A stretch of DNA of 64,000 nucleotides from Sphingomonas sp. 28-63-12 (GTDB taxonomy: Bacteria; Pseudomonadota; Alphaproteobacteria; Sphingomonadales; Sphingomonadaceae). This document shows, piece by piece, positions 8,282 through 15,255 of the stretch. The notes below the pieces were generated by a model. That model made no database searches. It was not told the origin of the DNA and saw only the letters and a program-made list of their open reading frames with translations. Location: NCBI RefSeq assembly GCF_002281535.1, contig NZ_NCGD01000006.1. One strand, 5' to 3'. Each line of letters opens with the position of its first letter. The stretch's first letter is position 1. The translations under genes and the position numbers were made by a program.

Positions 8282-9148
8282 ATGGCTTCCGCCCAAGCCC
8301 TGCCGCGCGTCCAGCTCGACCTGTTCCGGTCGATTCCCGGCGACATCGCGCCCCGCGACGCCCAGGACCTGATGGCCTGGCCGTTCTTCTCGCTCGCCAA
8401 GTCCAAGCGCACCGCGCCGATCGATTTCAAAATGGGTGAAACGTGGATCCTGGTCGAGGCGACCGCCGAGCACGGCATGGCGACCATCTGGGACGCCGAC
8501 GTGCTGATCTGGGCCGCGAGCCAGATCGTCGAGGCGCGTGACGCCGGCCGACCGACCTCCAGGCTGATCGCCGCGACCCCGCACGAAATCCTTGCCTTCA
8601 CCGAACGCGGCACCGGCAAGGCCGCCTACGACCGGCTGAAGGCCGGTCTCGACCGCCTGCAGTCGACCACCATCGCGACCTCGATCCGCCAGCCGCACCA
8701 GCGCCGACGCCACCGCTTCTCCTGGATCAACGAATGGAAGGAGCGGCTGGACGATAAGGGCCGGCCGCTCGGCATCGAGATGATCATCCCCGACTGGTTC
8801 TACGCGAGCGTCCTCGACCAGGCGCTGGTGCTCACCATCGACCGCCAATACTTCTCGCTGACCGGCGGCCTCGAGCGCTGGCTCTATCGCATCGTGCGCA
8901 AGCACGGCGGCAAGCAGAGCGGCGGCTGGTCGTTCGACGTCTCGCACCTCCATCTCAAGTCCGGCGTCCTCTCGCCGCTCAAGCAGTTCGCCTTCGACCT
9001 GCGCGCCATCGTCGTGAAGCAGCCGCTGCCCGGCTACGTGCTCGCGCTCGAACACGCCTATGGCCGCGAGCGCTTGAGCTTCACGCCGATCCCCATCGAC
9101 CCGCTCGAGACGGCCTGGCGCCGCTTCGGCTTTCCTGTGGATAAGTGA
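8282..9148 (+). CDS. repA: Replication initiator protein A (RPA family)
   Basis: C-terminal 288 aa of ORF 7799..9148, from the ATG at 8282. LDLFRSIPGDIAPRDAQDLMAWPFFSLAKSKR is the typical N-terminus of this family. Confidence 0.8.
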   Translation: MASAQALPRVQLDLFRSIPGDIAPRDAQDLMAWPFFSLAKSKRTAPIDFKMGETWILVEATAEHGMATIWDADVLIWAASQIVEARDAGRPTSRLIAATPHEILAFTERGTGKAAYDRLKAGLDRLQSTTIATSIRQPHQRRRHRFSWINEWKERLDDKGRPLGIEMIIPDWFYASVLDQALVLTIDRQYFSLTGGLERWLYRIVRKHGGKQSGGWSFDVSHLHLKSGVLSPLKQFAFDLRAIVVKQPLPGYVLALEHAYGRERLSFTPIPIDPLETAWRRFGFPVDK

Positions 9149-9156
9149 TGCCTGCG

Positions 9157-9302
9157 TTCGGACTATCGTTGACCGCCGGATTCGGACGATCGTTGACCGG
9201 GGATTCGGACTATCGAAAACCCGGATCGGCCATAGCGCGTTGGAATCGCTGGCGGATTCGGCCTGACTCTAACTGTGCTAACAAAGAGTCCTTCGGACTC
9301 TT
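9157..9302 (+). repeat. Iteron-like direct repeats (TTCGGAC[T/G]ATCGTTGACC) plus an 8-bp inverted repeat, between repA and parA
   Basis: 18-mers lie at 9157, 9181 (1 mismatch) and 9204 (3 mismatches), spaced 23-24 nt. Core TTCGG[A/C]C recurs at 9257 and 9292. AAGAGTCC-TTC-GGACTCTT spans 9284..9302 and is flanked by GCTAAC on both sides. Confidence 0.6.
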
Positions 9303-9335
9303 GCTAACGGCCGCCCCAGCTGTGGACGGACGAAC

Positions 9336-9974
9336 ATGATCGTCGCCCTGCTCAATCAGAAGGGCGGCGTCGGCAAGACCACCATCGCCCTGCATCTTGC
9401 CGGCCAATGGGCTCGGCAGGGACGACGCACGCTGCTGATCGACGCCGACCCGCAGGGCTCGGCGCTCGATTGGTCGCAGCAACGCAGCCACGAGCAACTG
9501 CCCCGGCTGTTCGGCGTGGTGGGTCTGGCCCGTGATACGCTCCATCGCGAAGCGCCCGAACTGGCTCGCGATGTCGACCATGTCGTCATCGACGGCCCGC
9601 CGCGCGTCGCCGGTTTGCTGCGCTCGGCCTTGCTTGCCGCCGACCTGGTGATCATCCCCGTGCAGCCCTCGCCGCTCGATGGATGGGCGTCGGCCGAGAT
9701 GCTGGCGCTGCTGACCGAAGCCCGCATGTTCCGGCCGGGGCTCGCCGCACGCTTCGTGCTCAATCGCTGCTCGGCGCGCACCGTGATCGCCCGCGAGACC
9801 GGCGCGGCGCTGGAGGCGCACGACCCGCCCTTGCTCGCCTCGCGGATTGGCCAGCGCGTCGTCTATGCCGGCGCGGCCCGCACCGGCCGGCTCGCCTTCG
9901 AATGCACGCCCGAGGGTCACGCCGCCGCCGAAATGGCCGCGCTCGCCGCCGAAATCGAGGCGATCCGGCCATGA
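9336..9974 (+). CDS. parA: ParA-family partition ATPase
   Basis: MIVALLNQKGGVGKTT deviant Walker A; 212 aa. Confidence 0.9.
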   Translation: MIVALLNQKGGVGKTTIALHLAGQWARQGRRTLLIDADPQGSALDWSQQRSHEQLPRLFGVVGLARDTLHREAPELARDVDHVVIDGPPRVAGLLRSALLAADLVIIPVQPSPLDGWASAEMLALLTEARMFRPGLAARFVLNRCSARTVIARETGAALEAHDPPLLASRIGQRVVYAGAARTGRLAFECTPEGHAAAEMAALAAEIEAIRP

Positions 9975-10219
9975 GCGGATCAGACATCCGTCCCGGCTTT
10001 GCGTCGAGGCCCGGCGCCGCCGAGCGCTGGGTCAAGACGCCGGAAGCCGTCCGACCGCCTTCGGCCGATCTGTTCACCGCCCGTCTGACGATCGACGTGA
10101 CTCCCGAGCTGCGCCACCGGCTCAAGCTCGCGGCGCTCCAGCGCGGCCAGACGGTCGCCGACATGCTGCGCGCGCTGTTCGAGCGCGAATTCCCCAACAG
10201 CCAAGGAGACGCGCCGTGA
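9971..10219 (+). CDS. Ribbon-helix-helix partition/centromere-binding-like protein
   Basis: ATGA overlap with the parA stop. LTIDVTPELRHRLKLAALQRGQTVADMLRALFEREF is an RHH motif. Confidence 0.6.
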   Translation: MSGSDIRPGFASRPGAAERWVKTPEAVRPPSADLFTARLTIDVTPELRHRLKLAALQRGQTVADMLRALFEREFPNSQGDAP

Positions 10220-10704
10220 CCACAACCGCCGTCCATCCGTCCGTCATCACGACGACAGTCGACCTGTTGTGGATCGAGGGACAGATCGAACGCTGGCTGC
10301 GTTTCGGCCGCGATGCCGGCGATCAGATCGTCGACCGCCGCCGCCGCCTTGTCACCTTTTTGCCTGGCGCGATCTTCGCCTTCGTTCGCTGGGCCTCGAA
10401 CGACTTCGGCACCGCGCAGTCGCGCATCGACATCCTGCGCGCCATCAAGCCCGGCGAGGCCTATTCGACCGTACCGTTCGTCGCGCCGGGCGGCGATATT
10501 CTGCTGCGCATCCACGGCTGGCCGAAGGTCCAGCGCGTGTTCGCCGCGATCGATGCCATCGAGACGCTCGACATCGACCCAGCCGATGCGGCGCCCGACT
10601 ATTGGCGGCACGTCCACAATCGGCTGTCGGTCGGGGAGACGCCGCGCGCCTACGGCCGCGACCGTCATGCGGCCTGGATCCTGCGCCGCGCGGTGCAATC
10701 GTGA
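10216..10704 (+). CDS. DUF2840 domain protein
   Basis: GTGA overlap with the upstream stop. It occupies the conserved ICE position between the partition genes and traF. The family name is recalled from similar ICE annotations. Confidence 0.6.
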   Translation: MTTTAVHPSVITTTVDLLWIEGQIERWLRFGRDAGDQIVDRRRRLVTFLPGAIFAFVRWASNDFGTAQSRIDILRAIKPGEAYSTVPFVAPGGDILLRIHGWPKVQRVFAAIDAIETLDIDPADAAPDYWRHVHNRLSVGETPRAYGRDRHAAWILRRAVQS

Positions 10705-11255
10705 CGAGGCGGCGCTGGCTGCAAATCACGCTTGGCGCAGCGGGCGTGATCGCGGTGACCGCGTTCATCAACCCGCTGCCGCGACTGATGTGGAATGCCA
10801 CCGCGAGCGTCCCGACCGGGCTCTATGCGATCCGCCCCGGCAATGATCGGCAACTCGGCGAGCTGGTCGCCGTCGCGCCGCCCGAACCGCTCGCCGGCTT
10901 CCTTGCCGATGGCGGCTATCTGCCCCGGGGCGTGCCGCTGTTGAAGCATGTTGCGGCCATGCCCGGGCAGCGTATCTGCCGGCTCGGCGTCGTGGTCACC
11001 GTCGATGGGCGACGCCTTGGATTGGCGCGCGAACAGGATCGCCGCGGGCGCTTGCTGCCGTCCTGGTCCGGCTGCCGCGCGATCGCGCCGGGCGAGCTGT
11101 TCCTGATGAACCCGGACGCGCCCGACAGCCTCGACGGCCGTTATTTCGGGCCGCTTCCCGCCAGTTCCGTTCTCGGCCGAGCGACACCGCTCTGGACCGA
11201 TCCGCCGCGCCGAAAGTCGTCCAACGACCGCGCCGCTGCCGATCGACGGCAGTGA
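10701..11255 (+). CDS. traF: S26-family conjugative transfer signal peptidase TraF
   Basis: GTGA overlap with the upstream stop; N-terminal TM segment; NATASVPTGLY..DSLDGRYFGP motifs of TraF/LepB-type peptidases. Confidence 0.75.
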   Translation: MTRRRWLQITLGAAGVIAVTAFINPLPRLMWNATASVPTGLYAIRPGNDRQLGELVAVAPPEPLAGFLADGGYLPRGVPLLKHVAAMPGQRICRLGVVVTVDGRRLGLAREQDRRGRLLPSWSGCRAIAPGELFLMNPDAPDSLDGRYFGPLPASSVLGRATPLWTDPPRRKSSNDRAAADRRQ

Positions 11256-11285
11256 CTTCTACTCAACCAACGACAGGAGATGACC

Positions 11286-11642
11286 ATGCAGATCGGTGAA
11301 TTCACCCGCACCTCAACCGGCTTTTCCGGCCGCATTACCACCATCACGCTCGACTTCGAATTGGCCCTCCTTCCGGCCGAGGCGAGCGACACCGAAGGCG
11401 CGCCGAACTATCGCCTCCATCTCGGCCCCGATGGCGAGGGGCCGGAGATCGGTGCGGGCTGGGATCGCAACGGCGAGAAGGCCGGACCCTATGTGTCGGT
11501 GCAGCTCGACGATCCCGCCTTCGTGCAGCCGCTGCGCGCTAATCTCTTCCGATCGGGCTCCGATGACGCCGCGCATCATCTGGTCTGGAATCGCCCCAGC
11601 AAGCGCGAAGGCGGTCCGGCAAAGTCCGAAGAGCGGAGCTGA
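11286..11642 (+). CDS. DUF736 domain protein (copy 3)
   Basis: MQIGEFT..GRITTI..PNYRLHL..EIGAGW..PYVSVQLDDPAF..LVWNRP. ATG 11286 is preferred over 11280 because of AGGAG spacing. Confidence 0.8.
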   Translation: MQIGEFTRTSTGFSGRITTITLDFELALLPAEASDTEGAPNYRLHLGPDGEGPEIGAGWDRNGEKAGPYVSVQLDDPAFVQPLRANLFRSGSDDAAHHLVWNRPSKREGGPAKSEERS

Positions 11643-11644
11643 TC

Positions 11645-12370
11645 GTGCGCCGCTATGGCTGCGCGGCTGTCCGTCGCGCCGCAGTCATCGGCATGATTGC
11701 GGCGCTCGGCAGCTCGCCATTGATCGGCAGTCCGGCCGCCGCGCAGACGGTCGCCGGATCGGCGCCGACCGTCGACACGATCGCCGTCCATGTCACCGAA
11801 GCCGCACAGCGGTTCGGCATTCCCGAGGCATGGATCTATGCGGTCATGCGGGTCGAAAGCGCGGGCGATATCAGCGCCACTTCGGTCAAAGGTGCGATGG
11901 GTTTGATGCAGGTGATGCCCGCAACCTACACCGCTCTGAGGTCGCGTTATAGCTTCGGACCGGACGCCTATAATCCGCGCGACAACATCCTCGCCGGCGC
12001 GGCCTATCTGCGCGAAATGTACGATCGCTACGGCTCGCCGGGTTTCCTCGCCGCCTACAATGCAGGGCCCGGCCGCTACGAGGATTCGCTCGCCGGCCGC
12101 GCTTTGCCGGTCGAAACGCGCGCCTATCTAGCGCGTCTATCGCCGGCGATCGGAGGCACGAGCGGGCGCGCTACCGCACCACCCGATCCGTTTGCCTGGA
12201 CACGCGCGGCGCTATTCGCTGGCCGTTGGAGCGACACTGAACCGGCCACTCAGAGCACGGCCGCTGCTTCTAAGGCCGATCTCCCGCCCGCTGCACCGAC
12301 AACCCAACTTGCGCGCCTTGGGCCGCCTGCCGCCGGTCTCTTTGTCCCTCTTTCCGGGGAGCGGCGATGA
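11645..12370 (+). CDS. Lytic transglycosylase (SLT domain, VirB1-like)
   Basis: Signal peptide, then VMRVESAGD..GAMGLMQVMPATY..AYNAGPGRY catalytic motifs. Confidence 0.85.
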   Translation: MRRYGCAAVRRAAVIGMIAALGSSPLIGSPAAAQTVAGSAPTVDTIAVHVTEAAQRFGIPEAWIYAVMRVESAGDISATSVKGAMGLMQVMPATYTALRSRYSFGPDAYNPRDNILAGAAYLREMYDRYGSPGFLAAYNAGPGRYEDSLAGRALPVETRAYLARLSPAIGGTSGRATAPPDPFAWTRAALFAGRWSDTEPATQSTAAASKADLPPAAPTTQLARLGPPAAGLFVPLSGERR

Positions 12371-12385
12371 TGTTGGGCGCGATCG

Positions 12386-12475
12386 TAGGGGGGCGTAGAA
12401 TAGCGGAGGGGGGAAGGCAGAAGGGGATTTTGGGGGCTTCAGAAGGTAGGCGAAGAAGGCGATGGCAAGATAAAA
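12386..12475 (+). other. Purine-rich, G-tract element (G6, G6, G4, G5) between the transglycosylase and relaxase genes
   Basis: G-runs lie at 12388-12393, 12408-12413, 12423-12426 and 12432-12436. About four-fifths of the + strand is purine by eye, which is atypical for this genome. Confidence 0.5.
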
Positions 12476-12625
12476 GCGCCGCCGTCGGGCGGGGCGCATG
12501 TGGTTGGATCGCAAGCGGAATTTGTGCCGTCTCGCGTAGCAACGTGCCGTCGCTGGCCCCCAGAATCCCAGCAAATTCAACGCCCGCCGCGCCGTCGCTC
12601 GATATGCCGAGCGGTTCCTGATCCC

Positions 12626-14386
12626 ATGGAGCGTGACGACCACGAGTTCCGGATTCGGCCGGGAAGGAGCCGGGACCAGGGCGCGGGATTGGCGCGCAAG
12701 GGCCAGAAGCTGGCGGCCCAGGTCAAGCGCGCCGCGATGCGGGCCGGCTACACCCGAGGCGGGGCCACGGGCAAGCGAAGCGGCGGCACCGGCCACCGGG
12801 CGCGCGGACGCGCCGCGGCCTTCGCCGGCCGGCGTGCGCCGGGCCAGCGGCGCGTCGTCATCATGGCGCGGGTGGTACGCCATAGCGGCGCGCGCTTCCG
12901 GGCGGCGCCGATCGCGCGGCACATCGCCTATCTCGAGCGCGACGGCGTTACCCGCGATGGCCGCGAGGCGGCGATGTTCGACGCGCGCTCGGAGACGGCC
13001 GATCGCGATGCCTTCGCTGAGCGCTGCGAGGGTGATCGCCATCATTTCCGCTTCATCGTCTCGCCCGAGGACGCCGGCGAGATGCAGGACCTGCGCGCCT
13101 TTACCCGCGAACTGATGGGCGACATGGCCCGCGATCTCGGCACCGACCTCGACTGGGTGGCAGTCGATCATTGGAACACCGACAATCCGCACATTCATGT
13201 GCTGGTGCGCGGGCGCGCGACCGACGGCGCCGACCTCGTCATCGACCGCGACTATATCAAGGAAGGTATGCGGGGACGCGCCGAGGAGCGGGTGACGATC
13301 GAGCTTGGTCCGCGCAGCGAACAGGAGATCCAGCGCGCGCTGTCGCGCGAAGTCGGCGCGGAGCGTTGGACCAGCCTCGACCGCGGCCTGCAGCGGCTCG
13401 CCGACCAGGGCGGCGGGATCGCCAATCTCCAGCCGATGCCGCGCGAGACTGACCCGGGCCGTCGCGCGCTCATGCTCGGCCGCGCCGCCAAGCTCGAAGC
13501 GATGGGTCTGGCCGATCGTGTCGCCCCCGCCAGTTGGACATTGAAACCAGGGATCGAAGCGACACTGCGCGATCTCGCGTCACGCAACGACATCATCAAG
13601 ATGATGCATCGGACATTCGCCGAGGCGGGTCGTTCGCCCGATCCCGGCGGCTACGCGCTTCACAGCGCCGCGCCGGCCGACCCTGTCATCGGACGCCTGG
13701 CCGGCCGCGGACTCCATGACGAGCTGTCGGGCTCGGCCTTCGCGGTCATCGAGGGCATCGATGGTCGCGCCCATCACCTCAGGTTCGACGATCTCGAAAT
13801 GACCGGGGACGCACGGCCCGGCGCGATCGTCGAGCTGCGGTCCTGGCAGGACGCCAGGGGTCAGACGCGGCTCTCTCTGGCGACGCGTTCGGACCTGCCG
13901 ATCGAAGCGCAGATCACGGCGCGCGGCGCCACCTGGCTGGACCGGCAGCTCGTCGCGCGCGAGGCTGCCGCAACGGGCGCGGGGTTCGGCGCCGAGGTGC
14001 GCGCGGCGATGGACGCGCGGATCGATCATCTGGCCAGCGAAGGCCTCGCCCACCGGCAGGGCCAGGCCGTGCTCTTCTCACGCGGCCTGCTCGACACCCT
14101 GTCCCGGCGCGACCTCGCCGAGGCGACGCAGTCGATCGCCGATCGGACCGGCCTGCAGCACCGTCCATCGTCTTCCGGCGAATATGTGACGGGCGCCTAT
14201 CGGGAGCGGATCACGCTCGCCTCGGGTCGCTTTGCCATGATCGATGACGGCATGGGCTTCCAGCTCGTACCCTGGCGGCCGGCGCTGGAGCAGCATCTCG
14301 GCCAGCATGTCACCGGCACGATGACGCCCGGCGGCGGTGTCGATTGGAGCTTCGGCCGACAACGCGGCATGGGGTTCACGCCGTAG
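12626..14386 (+). CDS. Conjugative relaxase (MOBP-like relaxase/mobilisation nuclease domain + DUF3363)
   Basis: From ATG 12626 of ORF 12500..14386. The HFRFIVSPED and HWNTDNPHIHVLVRG histidine-triad motifs are present. Confidence 0.85.
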   Translation: MERDDHEFRIRPGRSRDQGAGLARKGQKLAAQVKRAAMRAGYTRGGATGKRSGGTGHRARGRAAAFAGRRAPGQRRVVIMARVVRHSGARFRAAPIARHIAYLERDGVTRDGREAAMFDARSETADRDAFAERCEGDRHHFRFIVSPEDAGEMQDLRAFTRELMGDMARDLGTDLDWVAVDHWNTDNPHIHVLVRGRATDGADLVIDRDYIKEGMRGRAEERVTIELGPRSEQEIQRALSREVGAERWTSLDRGLQRLADQGGGIANLQPMPRETDPGRRALMLGRAAKLEAMGLADRVAPASWTLKPGIEATLRDLASRNDIIKMMHRTFAEAGRSPDPGGYALHSAAPADPVIGRLAGRGLHDELSGSAFAVIEGIDGRAHHLRFDDLEMTGDARPGAIVELRSWQDARGQTRLSLATRSDLPIEAQITARGATWLDRQLVAREAAATGAGFGAEVRAAMDARIDHLASEGLAHRQGQAVLFSRGLLDTLSRRDLAEATQSIADRTGLQHRPSSSGEYVTGAYRERITLASGRFAMIDDGMGFQLVPWRPALEQHLGQHVTGTMTPGGGVDWSFGRQRGMGFTP

Positions 14387-15083
14387 GACCGCGCCTGTCG
14401 TATGGAAAGATCTGCAACTTCGTGGTGCCGAGACGCGGATGCCATGCGCCGACGAGGCCCTCGCGGCGCTCTCCTTCTTCGGCGAACATCACGTTCACCG
14501 CCAGATTGTCGATCTCGTAGAACCAGGTAGCGAACGCGCACCGACCGCCTGGGCCAACCGCCGTCCAGATGTCCGTCATGCCGACGGAAGCAGGCAACCC
14601 TGCGGTCTCCCGGCGGCAGAACCGGAGATGGACCCCGGCATGAGCTCGGCCAGACAGGATCGCCGCCGCGAAGGGGGCGAGGTCGATCGGGATGTCGGCC
14701 TCGCGAATGTGACAGCCGAAGACCTTCACGAAATAGAGGTGGACGTGCAGCAAGGTGCGCCGCGTCTCAAAAGGGACGAGGCGCGATAGCCGCAGGAACT
14801 CGGTGGTCTCGTTCCGGCGCAGTGTAGTTCGGACCAAGTCCGACACGCGTTCCCACGCGAAATCATGTGGCTGAGTGCGGGCGTTGTTGCAGCTTGCGCA
14901 GAGCCGCGCCCCTGACTTTAGGCGATTGGCATCGAGGCTTCCGATCGTGTGATTCCGCCTCCGATCGGTGCTCAAGAACATCGGATCGGCCTGCGTGGGT
15001 CTCCCAAGCACCGCCTTGAGATCCGATTTCTTCGAGCGGTGCTCGCCCGTCGTCGCCGGGTCGCCGCAAATCCAGCAATCCAC
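14376..15083 (-). CDS. Hypothetical protein with N-terminal HNH_5-like zinc/beta-beta-alpha motif
   Basis: 235 aa, antisense to the backbone. It carries CWICG-x6-GEH near the N-terminus and LCASCNNARTQPHD 47 aa later, a CxxC..EH..CxxCN layout. The remaining ~150 aa are unrecognised. Confidence 0.5.
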   Translation of the reverse strand: MDCWICGDPATTGEHRSKKSDLKAVLGRPTQADPMFLSTDRRRNHTIGSLDANRLKSGARLCASCNNARTQPHDFAWERVSDLVRTTLRRNETTEFLRLSRLVPFETRRTLLHVHLYFVKVFGCHIREADIPIDLAPFAAAILSGRAHAGVHLRFCRRETAGLPASVGMTDIWTAVGPGGRCAFATWFYEIDNLAVNVMFAEEGERREGLVGAWHPRLGTTKLQIFPYDRRGPTA

Positions 15084-15142
15084 TCTGCGGCTCCTCTTAC
15101 GCCTGTCCTTGAACCTCGGGCCTGCGCGGTCAGGCTGTCATC

Positions 15143-15180
15143 CTTCGCCATAGCCTGTCTTTCTTCGCCATAGTGCGAAG
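15143..15180. promoter_or_regulatory. Two 11-bp direct repeats CTTCGCCATAG (20-bp period) plus CTTCGC/GCGAAG inverted repeat in the divergent region upstream of traG
   Basis: The repeats lie at 15143-15153 and 15163-15173. The inverted repeat spans 15163-15180. Confidence 0.35.
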
Positions 15181-15255
15181 CGACTGGAACGACGAGCATT
15201 TCAGCTTGAATCCCGTGGCGACGACCTCCGACTTCATGCGCGAAGGAGATCGCGC

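Noticed and set aside
12212-13198. 328-aa minus-strand ORF covering the G-tract region and the relaxase 5-prime end
   Set aside because: It is antisense to the relaxase. Across the G-tract it simply translates the C-rich strand into Pro/Ser runs.
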